Notes: generated by a model from the sequence alone, not told the origin. A DNA stretch of 64,000 nucleotides from an uncultured Pseudomonadota bacterium (GCA_963774895.1 CAVZGN010000004.1:299825-363824); one strand, 5' to 3'; counted from the first letter of the stretch, positions 30,835-41,274 are shown. Translations and numbers: made by a program.

Positions 30835-32205
30835 ATGCAACACATGGGTAATACCCGCTGTTTCAAGGCTTACGACATACGCGGCCGTATTCCCGACGAA
30901 TTGGATGCGGATTTGACGCGCCGCATTGGTGCCGGGTTTGCGGAACTATTCAATGCACGACAAGTAGTGATCGGGCGGGATGTGCGGCCATCCAGTGCCA
31001 TGCTTGCGGACGCATTAACGCAGGGATTGCGTACAGCGGGAGTCGAGGTGCTGGATATCGGGCTGTGCGGCTCGGAAGAAATTTACTTCGCTACGGCACA
31101 CCTGGGTACTGATGGCGGCATCATGATCACTGCCAGCCATAATCCGCCCGATTACAACGGATTGAAGTTCGTTCGTAGAGACGCGCGACCCATCAATGCC
31201 GAGAGTGGATTGAATGAGCTTGCACGCTGGGTGAAGGCAAACCCACACGCGGGTAACGGGCCTCTACATGGGTCACAACATGAAGTAAATGTACGCGCTC
31301 ATTATATACAGCGGATACTCGGGCTTATTAACCCAGACATCATTAAGCCGGCTCGCATCGTAGTTAATGCGGGTAATGGCTGTGCCGGATCTGTGTTTGA
31401 TGCGCTGGCGCTCAATCTGCCATTGGACGTCATTCGATTGCAGCATTCGCCTGACGGGACCTTTCCGAATGGCGTGCCGAACCCCCTGTTGCCGAAAAAC
31501 CGGTCAGTAACAGCCAAGGCCGTAACGGAATCACAAGCGGATTTTGGTATTGCCTGGGATGGGGATTTCGATCGCTGTTTCTTTTTTGATGCACATGGAC
31601 ATTTTATCGAAGGTTATTATCTCGTGGGACTGTTAGCTGCGGTGATATTGGACCGACACCCGGGTGCCGCTGTAGTCCATGACCCGCGACTTATCTGGAA
31701 TACACAGGAAGTGGTTACCGACCATGGAGGTAAATCCATAGCCAGCCAATGTGGTCATGCTTACATCAAGGAAAAAATGCGTGATACCGATGCGGTTTAC
31801 GGGGGCGAGATGAGCGCGCATCATTATTTTCGCGATTTCGCGTATTCTGACAGCGGCATGATCCCATGGCTGCTGGTGCTCGAATTATTAAGCAAGAGTA
31901 ATCGGTCGTTGTCTTCTCTGATCGCAGAAATGATGATGCGTTATCCAATCAGTGGCGAAATCAATAGGCGCGTGAGTGACATCACTGCTGTATTGCGAAG
32001 TGTTGAATCCAATTACACGACTGCAAGCACGGCAATTTCACACCTTGACGGGTTAAGTATGGAATTCTATAAATGGCGTTTCAATTTGCGTGCGTCAAAC
32101 ACCGAGCCACTGATACGACTAAACGTGGAGGCTCAACATGATCGTGCGCTCATGGAGCAAAAACGCGATGAAATTCTTGCCCTTGTTGGTGGCGAAGAAG
32201 GATGA
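30835..32205 (+). CDS. manB: Phosphomannomutase
   Basis: FKAYDIRG, TASHNP, DGDFDR, GEMSAHHYF, RASNTEP. Confidence 0.96.
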   Translation: MQHMGNTRCFKAYDIRGRIPDELDADLTRRIGAGFAELFNARQVVIGRDVRPSSAMLADALTQGLRTAGVEVLDIGLCGSEEIYFATAHLGTDGGIMITASHNPPDYNGLKFVRRDARPINAESGLNELARWVKANPHAGNGPLHGSQHEVNVRAHYIQRILGLINPDIIKPARIVVNAGNGCAGSVFDALALNLPLDVIRLQHSPDGTFPNGVPNPLLPKNRSVTAKAVTESQADFGIAWDGDFDRCFFFDAHGHFIEGYYLVGLLAAVILDRHPGAAVVHDPRLIWNTQEVVTDHGGKSIASQCGHAYIKEKMRDTDAVYGGEMSAHHYFRDFAYSDSGMIPWLLVLELLSKSNRSLSSLIAEMMMRYPISGEINRRVSDITAVLRSVESNYTTASTAISHLDGLSMEFYKWRFNLRASNTEPLIRLNVEAQHDRALMEQKRDEILALVGGEEG

Positions 32206-32417
32206 CAATATGACGACGGTCTTTGATAAGAACTGGTAACACACATTCAAATAAAAATTACATTTTGAATGGCGTGGCAATTTCAGGCACAATCGTTAAG
32301 TAGAAATCCTACAAACACGGCACAGGTTATACCGCTCGTACAATATTGGTAACCCCGCTTTTGATTTGTGCAATCGGCACTCTTGACAAAATGCGCCAAA
32401 CAATGCGATGAAATCCA

Positions 32418-33551
32418 ATGAACGTAGGCATAGTCAGTCACTGGTTTAACCGTGGGCAGGCGACTGTTGCCCGACACATCCGATCGATCTTTGATGGACT
32501 GGGGCATAAGACATTCGTGCTGGCTAGACCAACCACCGAAAGCTTTGTGTTCCCCACTTATACCTCAGATAACGATATCTGGGAGCAACAGGGTGTGACA
32601 AAGGCGAGTGCCTATAACATCAGTGAGACTGAGTATCTGGCATGGAGCAGGAAATGCAATATAGACGTTGCGTTTTTTGACCAGAACTATCAGTTTGACT
32701 GCATCAGAAAATTGCGTCAGCAGGGTCTCGTTACAATTGGGCGGTTTGTTTGGGAAAGCTTTGCTGAAAAACACGCCAAAGAAGCGCGCGAAGCATTTTC
32801 TATCATTTATTCCCTCACACTCTGCGAAAGAGAGCGGTATCATAGTTTTGGGATAGATAGCCCTTACCTGCTTTGGGGATGTCATCCGGAATTGTTATCT
32901 TTTACTCAACATCGCAGCAATCAAGGCCGTAACTTTTTCTATGCTGGCGGCTATCTGTCAGCCAGAAAACCCACCGGTGCGGTCATCAAGGCATTTGCAG
33001 ATGTACCTGATGCTGCACTGCGGCTCTTGATAAAAACCCAATGTCCACTTAGTCCGTCAGATCTCACATGTCCAGCAACACTTGATGAATTGAAAGCTAT
33101 ACGTAAACTGGACCGCGGGCAGCCAGCACCCCCCATAGATGATCCGAGGGTTACTGTTCAGGATAAGGACGTTTCAATGGAGGACTACTACTGCCTGTTT
33201 TCTTCCAGCAATGTATCCATGGCGCCTAGCAGGTGGGAAGGCTTGGGACTTCATCTTTATGAGGCTCTGGCCTTTGGCATCCCGACCATCAGTCTGGACA
33301 TCCAGCCTATAAATGAAGTGATAACCCATGGAGTAGACGGTCTGCTTGTAAAGAGTCGGCCAATCGGTGAAACCCCATCTGGTATCACTGCTTATGAGCC
33401 GGATGTCGGCGATCTTGCTAACGCAATTAGAAGTCTCACCGACCCCGTAAACGCTCAAAAGTTTGCCGACGGCACACGCCACGGCAGAAAATATCGCGAT
33501 TGGGCCAAGACAGTCAGCGCATACGCACAATTGCTCGCTCACGTCACGTAG
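32418..33551 (+). CDS. GT4 glycosyltransferase
   Basis: PSRWEGLGLHLYEALAFGIP (EX7E motif). Confidence 0.88.
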   Translation: MNVGIVSHWFNRGQATVARHIRSIFDGLGHKTFVLARPTTESFVFPTYTSDNDIWEQQGVTKASAYNISETEYLAWSRKCNIDVAFFDQNYQFDCIRKLRQQGLVTIGRFVWESFAEKHAKEAREAFSIIYSLTLCERERYHSFGIDSPYLLWGCHPELLSFTQHRSNQGRNFFYAGGYLSARKPTGAVIKAFADVPDAALRLLIKTQCPLSPSDLTCPATLDELKAIRKLDRGQPAPPIDDPRVTVQDKDVSMEDYYCLFSSSNVSMAPSRWEGLGLHLYEALAFGIPTISLDIQPINEVITHGVDGLLVKSRPIGETPSGITAYEPDVGDLANAIRSLTDPVNAQKFADGTRHGRKYRDWAKTVSAYAQLLAHVT

Positions 33552-33556
33552 CTGCT

Positions 33557-34489
33557 ATGGCGAACGAAGAAAAGCTTCTAACAGTTTTCGCCCAGGGCAT
33601 GCGTCGCTCAGGCACGACAATCTGGTTTGACCTGATGATGGAAGATGGAACCTATGAATGTTTCTATGAGCCCTTGGCTGCGGGAAAAACGACCTTAGGA
33701 GGCGGCAGCAGTGCGCATGCTAATAAAGACCTGTTCGCCAACCTGCGTCTGGCCCGGGAGCGATTTCTAAAAGAAAACCCCCAATTACTAAAGAACTTCC
33801 CAGGATTCGTGTCAGAAAATCTTCTGAACTACGGCGCTCCGAGAAAACCCGAGTTGGAATTTGAAACCGAATTGCCGGGATATTGCAAGGAATATATCTT
33901 GTTTCTCATCAGGAGCGCGCCGAAGACTTTTCTAAAATTCACGCGCATGTATTCTAAGGTTGCTGTTCTAAAAGAACTTGTGCCAGATGCCAGGCTTCTG
34001 CATCTGGTTCGGGATCCCAGGCATGTCACCACGTCGTATATGTTTGGGAAAAACGGTAAATATAAGGACAGGTTTCCTGACGCGGATACTTTCTTTTCCA
34101 AAACATCGGCATATACCGCGTGGTCAAGCCGGGCGTTTTCTGACCTTATTCTCAAACAACCGCAATACCGGCATCTTGCCGGCTGTCCTGACTTTATGAG
34201 CATCCTGCTTATCTGGAAATATGCTTTCGAACAAACTCATGTCACAGGAAAGAAACTATTCGGTGATAATTACCTGCTTTTGCGTCATGAAGACTTGCTG
34301 ATTGAGCCACATAATACCGTGAGTAAACTTGGTGCTTTCATAGGTTCACCTTTGAATCCGCGGGCCACGAATTGGGTTAAAGAAAATCTACGATCACTCT
34401 CCACCCCTTTTGCTAAGTCCGATCCCCGGTGGGAGTTGGCTTTCAAGCAATTGAAAATGTCCGATACTCTCTTGGCCGCAGGCTACTAA
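33557..34489 (+). CDS. PAPS-dependent sulfotransferase
   Basis: 5'-PSB loop GMRRSGTT, FYEP, 3'-PB motif LHLVRDPRHVTTS, LRHEDL. Confidence 0.9.
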   Translation: MANEEKLLTVFAQGMRRSGTTIWFDLMMEDGTYECFYEPLAAGKTTLGGGSSAHANKDLFANLRLARERFLKENPQLLKNFPGFVSENLLNYGAPRKPELEFETELPGYCKEYILFLIRSAPKTFLKFTRMYSKVAVLKELVPDARLLHLVRDPRHVTTSYMFGKNGKYKDRFPDADTFFSKTSAYTAWSSRAFSDLILKQPQYRHLAGCPDFMSILLIWKYAFEQTHVTGKKLFGDNYLLLRHEDLLIEPHNTVSKLGAFIGSPLNPRATNWVKENLRSLSTPFAKSDPRWELAFKQLKMSDTLLAAGY

Positions 34490-34509
34490 AAGCAGATATA
34501 TCGAAAGCC

Positions 34510-34665
34510 ATGGTCATATCGCATAAGTACAAATTTATTCTTATTAAGACTGTCAAGACTGCCGGTACGAGCATCGAAGTCTTTCTATCCCAGCACTTTC
34601 GCCGACCGCTAGCGGCAACCATTCCATTATACGCACGTATTCAAAATCCACAGCCACCCATCTAA
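34510..34665 (+). pseudogene. Truncated sulfotransferase (N-terminal fragment)
   Basis: MVISHKYKFILIKTVKTAGTSIEVFLSQH is a typical sulfotransferase N-terminus with KTAGTS loop; stop after 51 codons followed by AT-rich DNA. Confidence 0.8.
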
Positions 34666-34768
34666 TAGCTACTGATTTAATAAAAGATATTCAATTTATA
34701 TCTTTAAAGTTAAGTAATTGGAATCAGACTTATGCGTATAAAATTCATACATTTGGCTCAAATCGTAT

Positions 34769-35491
34769 CTATTTACGGATAAGAACTAGACATCGTCTCA
34801 ATTTTAAGTTTGGTTTACTCGGATTTAAGTTTACAACCTGCATTTTATTCAGTCTCGTTGCATAGTCGTCAAATCTCCAGTATTTTTTATAATGCTTGTT
34901 CTCATCCACCAGTTTCCCAAGTTCTTCGTGATCCTGATCATTATAGATCGGGCAAATAATGCATAAATCACTACAACTCTCGATTTGCTTGATCGCATGC
35001 GTCAGCCCGTCCTCAGTGACCACGTGCTGAAACATCTCCATTGCGGTGCAGATATTAAAACGTTTACGCCAGAAGGCATTCTTTCTGGGCAGGTATCTCC
35101 TGCCAAGAGAATCCCTGCTAATATCATACTTAAGGATATTTATATCGCTATACTTTGCCTTTACAAATTCCAGCGGAGCTGAAGAAATATCGGTGGCAAG
35201 AATATTCACTGGCGAGAGTCCGTAATTCTTTATAAAGAAATCGATCCAATAGCCTGTACCGCAACCCATTTCCACGAAGCTCTTTGGGCTAATCTTAAGT
35301 GCATTTATAGTCTTATGAATAAATTTTTCAAGACCTTCGTATTTCTCTTTGGCATTTGCTATATCTTCCTCAGTAACTTCTTTTGAGGTGTTATGTGCTG
35401 CCTGTGTATGGCGATCAGCATCTTTGAACTTGTTAAGTTCATTCCAGCGTTTATCCCAGAACTCCTCCGATTTATTTTTCTCATCAACCAT
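34769..35491 (-). CDS. Class I SAM-dependent methyltransferase (AT-rich)
   Basis: EEFWDKRW, VEMGCGTG, ATDIS, EMFQHV. Confidence 0.85.
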   Translation of the reverse strand: MVDEKNKSEEFWDKRWNELNKFKDADRHTQAAHNTSKEVTEEDIANAKEKYEGLEKFIHKTINALKISPKSFVEMGCGTGYWIDFFIKNYGLSPVNILATDISSAPLEFVKAKYSDINILKYDISRDSLGRRYLPRKNAFWRKRFNICTAMEMFQHVVTEDGLTHAIKQIESCSDLCIICPIYNDQDHEELGKLVDENKHYKKYWRFDDYATRLNKMQVVNLNPSKPNLKLRRCLVLIRK

Positions 35492-35650
35492 TGAGATCAC
35501 CCCACTAAGCACAATCAATAATATATATAATAAGTTTTCCGGTACAACCGTCTAAGTTCTTAACAAGCATTGGTAATCAGAAAAGACCTTATGCATTTCC
35601 CCTGATCGTCCGCTCCAGGCCGGATGCTGACCGGTACGACGAGGTTCTTA

Positions 35651-36364
35651 TTATTCTTGTCCTTGATCAGCCATTTCCTGAGCCTTCAAACGAGTTATCA
35701 AGAAATGCAGGTTTTCAAAAAACGAATAGCGAATGATCTTGACGTTGCCGGCCTTCCAGAAAGGTACCAGGAACGACTGCACTGAATGGTGGTATTTCCC
35801 TCCGCGAAAATCCACGCTCTCGGTCTTGCGCGGACTACGGTTGAAGGGCAATTTCGCATCCTCCATGCTGGTATAGGTCCCCATAAGCCTCGGTTCTGAA
35901 GAGAATATCGAATAAAAGAGTCCTTGTAGCGAAAGTTTGCTATGCCAAGATTCGATCACCGCGATGCTTCCCGGGCGATCCATATCATGCTGGTTATAGA
36001 GTCCCGGTCCGCGGGCAAAAATCACGTCAAAATAACCATCATCAAAAGGCAAATGCTTTTCCGCATCAACCACAAGAAAATGCCCGACATCGGTATGCAG
36101 CAGTCGGCGCGCCTTTTCAATGCCGCCTTTGGAGATGTCGACACCGAATAATTCCAGGTCAGGATTAATGAGTTGCATGCCTCGCGACCAGATTCCATCG
36201 CCGCAACACAAGTCGAGTACGCGGCCACCTGCCGGCAGCTTCACGTGTGCTCGTAGCCATTTAACCACATACTCCTCTGTGTATTCGAAACCCTGTTCGG
36301 ACTCGTAAAAGCGATCTGTGGCCTCAAGAGCAATTGACGGATCGCTGTATGTCTCGTGACTCAT
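35651..36364 (-). CDS. Class I SAM-dependent methyltransferase
   Basis: VLDLCCGDG, GVDIS, LPFDDGYFDVI. Confidence 0.88.
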   Translation of the reverse strand: MSHETYSDPSIALEATDRFYESEQGFEYTEEYVVKWLRAHVKLPAGGRVLDLCCGDGIWSRGMQLINPDLELFGVDISKGGIEKARRLLHTDVGHFLVVDAEKHLPFDDGYFDVIFARGPGLYNQHDMDRPGSIAVIESWHSKLSLQGLFYSIFSSEPRLMGTYTSMEDAKLPFNRSPRKTESVDFRGGKYHHSVQSFLVPFWKAGNVKIIRYSFFENLHFLITRLKAQEMADQGQE

Positions 36365-36368
36365 GGCG

Positions 36369-38450
36369 TTAGCCTCGCCCAACAAGACTACGCTCGATTA
36401 ACCGGAAGCCTTTCAAATTCACACTCAATTGCGGCTGATCCTTTTGAAGGTAAATTGCGAAATCGATTCGCGAAATGCCTTCCGGTGCCCGATATGAAAC
36501 TGGGTGCGTGACGCTGTGCGGTCGTAGATAAGCCAGGTTTTTCTTCATTCGCAATTCGAAGTCGTTCCCAAAGCATAACGCAATGACACGCGCCTCTCCT
36601 CGCCCTAGAACTTCTGCATCAATTAACAGCTCATAATAACGTCCAGGGTTTACTGGCCAACCCTGTTTAGAATTTATTCTGCGCCACGGACAGTGTCCTA
36701 ACGTCATATATCCATGTTGACTAGGATTTACGAGCGTTAGCAGTAAAGCCTCGTCGCTTTTCTTTGCATTTAGATTAGAAATACGCAAATTGCTGTCGTT
36801 ATTATTATTAAATTGCACTTCTACCAAAATAACTCCTGGCACATCTAATACGGAATTTATTGATACACCGCCAACGATTGCAGTCTTTCTGAGTATCCTG
36901 GTTGCAAACCGTAGTGGATACTGGAGAAACCGTATAATGTAATCACGCCAAGTTAAGCGCCATCGGTCATCGCTATAGAATTGATCCACCACGAACCCGC
37001 AGACCTGCCAGAAACGCCAACGCTGATAAACGTTCCACTTATTTAAAGCTGACATCTGGTTTATCTGTCCATTATTTATAGATGTTCTATGCACCGGCTC
37101 AGCAAGACGTGGGTAGAAAGCGATTCCCACACTCTGTAGTGACTTTTTAAGTTGCTCCTTGTTGGTCGCGATGTCTTCAAGGCGTATAACTACTGGACAT
37201 GCAACCGATAAACGCAACATCACGTCGGCAACATAAATGCAGCATTTATCGAACTGCGGTAACCATTTCCATGTGGGTCTATTGATTTTGGGATGAAGAT
37301 TATCATCCGGAGTCGTGTACCAATCCCGATTCATGATTGATCTGACTATATCGGCGGGATGACGCGCAAGTTGCACCAAGGTCGCTTCGGGGAAAAGCTG
37401 CTTTAATTCTGGGATAAACTGTTCCAGATATACATTCACCTCGGCATAGTCGCGCTTATTATGTTCGATATCCATGCGGAGATCTGCCAGCAAACTCACA
37501 ACCTTTTCACGCTGTTCCAGCAGTTGTGTGAATCCGGCGCCTGTTTCCTTGCGGGTTAACATCTGTATTCCGTCAAAATAATGATTCAGCGCATATTCAT
37601 GACGGGCATGCACGGAACTTGCTTCATCGAGTACTCTTGCAAGCCAAGTACTGCCAGAGCGCGCAGTGGACAGAAAGAAGTACTGGCGTGCTTTACCCAG
37701 CCAGTGCACCGGATGAAATAGGACTTGATGCCGGCCGCTCTTTAAAGTGGCGGTCATAGGGTCAGGACTGCGCAACCAGCTGCCCCCGCTATCCGTGAAA
37801 TAATCATCAAATGGTACATGCATGGCATCGTATACCAGCCCGCACTCCTTCAATCCGATGCTCCACAGAGGAAAAGTTGCGCCATCTGCGCGTTGCAGTT
37901 GGTGTGAGGCAGGGTATTGCAAGGCATGCTTGGGGTCTTCGGGTGAAATGCCTTCGGCTGAAAGACCAGTCTCCCGCAAGGCAGGATCGGCCGGCTTTAA
38001 GTCGCGAAAACACCAATAATTGCTGAACTGGTATTTATAACAGGCGCGATCGCCATGCGCAGATACACCGGTGATTCGTACTCCTTGTTGTTTCAGTGGC
38101 TTAACCAGAGAGGTAATCGCATCAGCCACATCGTCAATCTCGCCTGTAAACCAGCGAGTCAACATATTGAGGTGCAGTCCTACTTCATGCCCGAAATCCT
38201 GCAACTGCAGGCATTTATCGATAAAACGAGAGTCGTTCCAGTAATCGGCAGAATGCAGAAGAAAATAGGTGGCGCGATAGCCGTATTCTGCTTCCCAATA
38301 TGCCATCTCAAGCCCAATATCAAGATCATGGTCCACGTCATGCCGCAAAACCACGAGATTGGGGGCATCTTTTTTGCTGTGTAATGCGGAGACCGGCTCG
38401 GTATTTCCCAGATGGCGTAGATACTCGAAATATTCCTTGCGAATGGTCAT
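36369..38450 (-). CDS. Fusion of polysaccharide deacetylase-like domain, sulfotransferase and C-terminal beta-sandwich
   Basis: LRHDVDHD, GLH, SAHG, HPVHW, then STARSGST and LARHPADIVRS; ATG overlaps the upstream stop (ATGA). Confidence 0.8.
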   Translation of the reverse strand: MTIRKEYFEYLRHLGNTEPVSALHSKKDAPNLVVLRHDVDHDLDIGLEMAYWEAEYGYRATYFLLHSADYWNDSRFIDKCLQLQDFGHEVGLHLNMLTRWFTGEIDDVADAITSLVKPLKQQGVRITGVSAHGDRACYKYQFSNYWCFRDLKPADPALRETGLSAEGISPEDPKHALQYPASHQLQRADGATFPLWSIGLKECGLVYDAMHVPFDDYFTDSGGSWLRSPDPMTATLKSGRHQVLFHPVHWLGKARQYFFLSTARSGSTWLARVLDEASSVHARHEYALNHYFDGIQMLTRKETGAGFTQLLEQREKVVSLLADLRMDIEHNKRDYAEVNVYLEQFIPELKQLFPEATLVQLARHPADIVRSIMNRDWYTTPDDNLHPKINRPTWKWLPQFDKCCIYVADVMLRLSVACPVVIRLEDIATNKEQLKKSLQSVGIAFYPRLAEPVHRTSINNGQINQMSALNKWNVYQRWRFWQVCGFVVDQFYSDDRWRLTWRDYIIRFLQYPLRFATRILRKTAIVGGVSINSVLDVPGVILVEVQFNNNNDSNLRISNLNAKKSDEALLLTLVNPSQHGYMTLGHCPWRRINSKQGWPVNPGRYYELLIDAEVLGRGEARVIALCFGNDFELRMKKNLAYLRPHSVTHPVSYRAPEGISRIDFAIYLQKDQPQLSVNLKGFRLIERSLVGRG

Positions 38451-40090
38451 GGAGACCCCATCAATTCCCGATAATATTCCGTCAGTTTTGTAGCCTCGAT
38501 TTCCCAATTGAAATCTGTTGCTGCGCGCTTCATGTTACGACGAACATGTTCAAGAATGGCAGGATCATCGAGAACAGCACGCGCAGCGCGCGCGATATTC
38601 TCTGGCTCATCTGGGTTGAATGTCATGCCAATGCCGTAGTCTTCAACGACTTTCCTCAATTCAGGGAAATCACTAGCTATAACGGGTATGCCAGCCAATA
38701 CATACTCATACACCTTGTTTGGCGAGCAGTAGTAGTAACTCAGGCATTTATTTTCAATTGGGGCGACACCAATATCCGCGCAGGCCGCATACGTAGTGAC
38801 AAGATCAGAACGTACTGCTTCCAAAATATAAAGACGGTGGACAATACCTAGTAAATCTGCATGCTTCAAGAGTTCTTTCTTGTACGTCTCGCTTCCTGGT
38901 CCCATAAATACCAAAACGCACTCTGGCAGCAGTTGCATAGCAGAAATCAATTGCTTCAATCCACGATTGAAGGTAATGGCGCCCACATATATTAAAATCT
39001 TTATTTTCGCATCGATTTTAAGAATCTCACGTAATGGATCTCCGACCGGCGCATCGACAGGTCGCTGGAGTGAAGGGGTATTGCGGATAACCTTTAGCGG
39101 CGCAATATCGTAACGTTTACCAATAGCCTCAGCTATAGATTCATTGACAGTAATAGCAAGCTGGCAACGCCTTAGCAGGAAACCTTCGAGCTTGAGCCTC
39201 CACCATCTAGAAAACCGTCCGTAAGGCTTTTGCATATTGCGCTCAAGATAGTACTCGTGTGAGTCATATACGAGCTTGGCTCCGGTAGCACGCGCCATCC
39301 ACCATGCTAGTGGTAAGGTATTGAGATCGTGCGCATGGTAAACGTCGAAATGTCTTTTTGTGAGCGCCCTTCTGGCTCGTAGATAATAGTCGGAAAAGCA
39401 TAACGGCCGATGATACTTGAGCAACACCTTCAACAATAGCGTGTATATCCATCCTTTCAAAATCCTTAATGTGATTTTGAATCCCCTTTTCATCCTGCGC
39501 CATCCATGCACCATTGTTCGGATAAAAAAGCGCAAGACAGACATCGTGATTCGTGCGTAGAATTTAACCTGCCATGGAGAGTTGTACTCCACATCAGATC
39601 TCGGTTCTACGAAATAATAGATGCCAATCTCCCAAAACATCACTGGTATGCTTATTGGAAAAACCAGGATAAGCAATGGCCAATACCAAACTGGAAAACG
39701 CGGCTGAGTGTCGGTATTTACATTCTGTTTACCTCGTGACCTTCGAAACAATCTTCCTACAGTTGCATGCATGAGAGAATTTATCCGCAACAGCGTCCAT
39801 AGTTTGATTACGGGAGTCAACAAGGCTGTCGTGCGAAAAATTCGCAAGAATCTCAAATGCACTGGATCCTTTATCACGCGTAGCACTTCAATCTCACCCA
39901 ACATCTGTCTTTCCGGCAACGTTCCTTCTCGCAACGCTACTACCGTTACCGACCAACCATCAGCCAACAGCGTCTCGGCCTCTTTACGGACACGCGCATC
40001 ATGGGTAAAGGTGTTGTAAACAAACATGCACACGCTGCCGCGGTGGATCGGTGCCAGCGGTGGCGTATCATGTTCCGGCACAATAGACAC
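38447..40090 (-). CDS. GT4 glycosyltransferase with large hydrophobic/basic insertion
   Basis: DARVRKEA, HAHDLNTL, YDSHE, SPNKVYEYVLAGIP; 547 aa. Confidence 0.88.
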   Translation of the reverse strand: MSIVPEHDTPPLAPIHRGSVCMFVYNTFTHDARVRKEAETLLADGWSVTVVALREGTLPERQMLGEIEVLRVIKDPVHLRFLRIFRTTALLTPVIKLWTLLRINSLMHATVGRLFRRSRGKQNVNTDTQPRFPVWYWPLLILVFPISIPVMFWEIGIYYFVEPRSDVEYNSPWQVKFYARITMSVLRFFIRTMVHGWRRMKRGFKITLRILKGWIYTLLLKVLLKYHRPLCFSDYYLRARRALTKRHFDVYHAHDLNTLPLAWWMARATGAKLVYDSHEYYLERNMQKPYGRFSRWWRLKLEGFLLRRCQLAITVNESIAEAIGKRYDIAPLKVIRNTPSLQRPVDAPVGDPLREILKIDAKIKILIYVGAITFNRGLKQLISAMQLLPECVLVFMGPGSETYKKELLKHADLLGIVHRLYILEAVRSDLVTTYAACADIGVAPIENKCLSYYYCSPNKVYEYVLAGIPVIASDFPELRKVVEDYGIGMTFNPDEPENIARAARAVLDDPAILEHVRRNMKRAATDFNWEIEATKLTEYYRELMGSP

Positions 40091-40095
40091 AGCGT

Positions 40096-41253
40096 TTACA
40101 TCACTGACGCAAACGCGCTCACAAGATGTTGTTGATCCTCTATACGCAAATAGGGACCGGACGGTAAACTCATCACTTCATGACAGGCCTGCTCGGAGAC
40201 CGGGAAATCGTCAGGTTTATATTCAAGACCGCTGTAGGCACTCAGTAAATGTAACGGTTTTGGATAATAGACAGCTGTTGGTATCCCTTGCGATTTCAGT
40301 TTCTGTTGCACGCTATCGCGTTTACCGGGAACACGTACGGTATATTGTGCCCAAGCTGACAAACAGTCTTTTGGAACACGCGGTAAAACCTTCGACAATC
40401 CAACGGCTGTAAATAATTCCGCATACCGGTCTGCCACTTGCTGTCGAAGCTGCAGCTCGCCTTCGAATTGAGGCCACTTCGCCAGCAAGATTGCCGCCTG
40501 CAATGTGTCCATGCGTGCGTTCAGTCCAATACGTACATTGTCGTATTTGTCCTCGCCCTTGCCATGTATGCGAATGGAAAGCATGGCTGCGGCCAGTGCC
40601 TCATCGTCTGTAAACACCATACCGCCGTCACCGTAACATCCAAGCGGCTTTGCCGGGAAGAAACTGGTGGTGGAAACATCGCCAAAACAACATGCAGGGC
40701 GGCCACGATATTTCGCTCCAAAAGATTGGGCTGCGTCTTCAATAAGAAATAGTCCTTCTTTCCGGCAAATGGCGGCTATGGATTCATAATTGGCCGGGAC
40801 ACCGAAAATATCCACGGCGATCACGGCGGCACAATTGAGTGGCTGATTCAGCCTTGGCAAGGGATAAATCGTGGAATCGTTCTCGCGCACTGCACGAATC
40901 GCAAGGCGCAATTGCTCGGGGTTTATGTTGAAAGTTTCTGGTACAACATCCACGAAGATCGGCGTTGCCCCCACAAGCGATATCATTTCGGCGGTGGCAA
41001 AAAACGTAAACGGCGTGGTAAACACGGCATCCCCGTGTCCGATTTCGCGCGCCATCAGCGGCATGAGCAGTGCGTCAGTACCGGAAGAGCAGGAAATCGC
41101 ATGCCGCTTCCCCGTATATTCTGACAACGTGCGTTCCAGTTCCTCGATTTCCGGCCCCATGATGAACTTTCCATGTTCAAGCACATGTTTTATTCGTTCA
41201 AGTATGGCCTTGTGCGACAGTTCATACTGAGTTCTAAGATCGATGAATTCCAT
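40096..41253 (-). CDS. wbpE: DegT/DnrJ family aminotransferase (WbpE-like)
   Basis: MEFIDL, IEDAAQSFGA, SFFPAKPLGCYGDGG; follows wbpA-B-D. Confidence 0.88.
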   Translation of the reverse strand: MEFIDLRTQYELSHKAILERIKHVLEHGKFIMGPEIEELERTLSEYTGKRHAISCSSGTDALLMPLMAREIGHGDAVFTTPFTFFATAEMISLVGATPIFVDVVPETFNINPEQLRLAIRAVRENDSTIYPLPRLNQPLNCAAVIAVDIFGVPANYESIAAICRKEGLFLIEDAAQSFGAKYRGRPACCFGDVSTTSFFPAKPLGCYGDGGMVFTDDEALAAAMLSIRIHGKGEDKYDNVRIGLNARMDTLQAAILLAKWPQFEGELQLRQQVADRYAELFTAVGLSKVLPRVPKDCLSAWAQYTVRVPGKRDSVQQKLKSQGIPTAVYYPKPLHLLSAYSGLEYKPDDFPVSEQACHEVMSLPSGPYLRIEDQQHLVSAFASVM

Positions 41254-41274
41254 CTATATTTCCGATTTTGGGCA

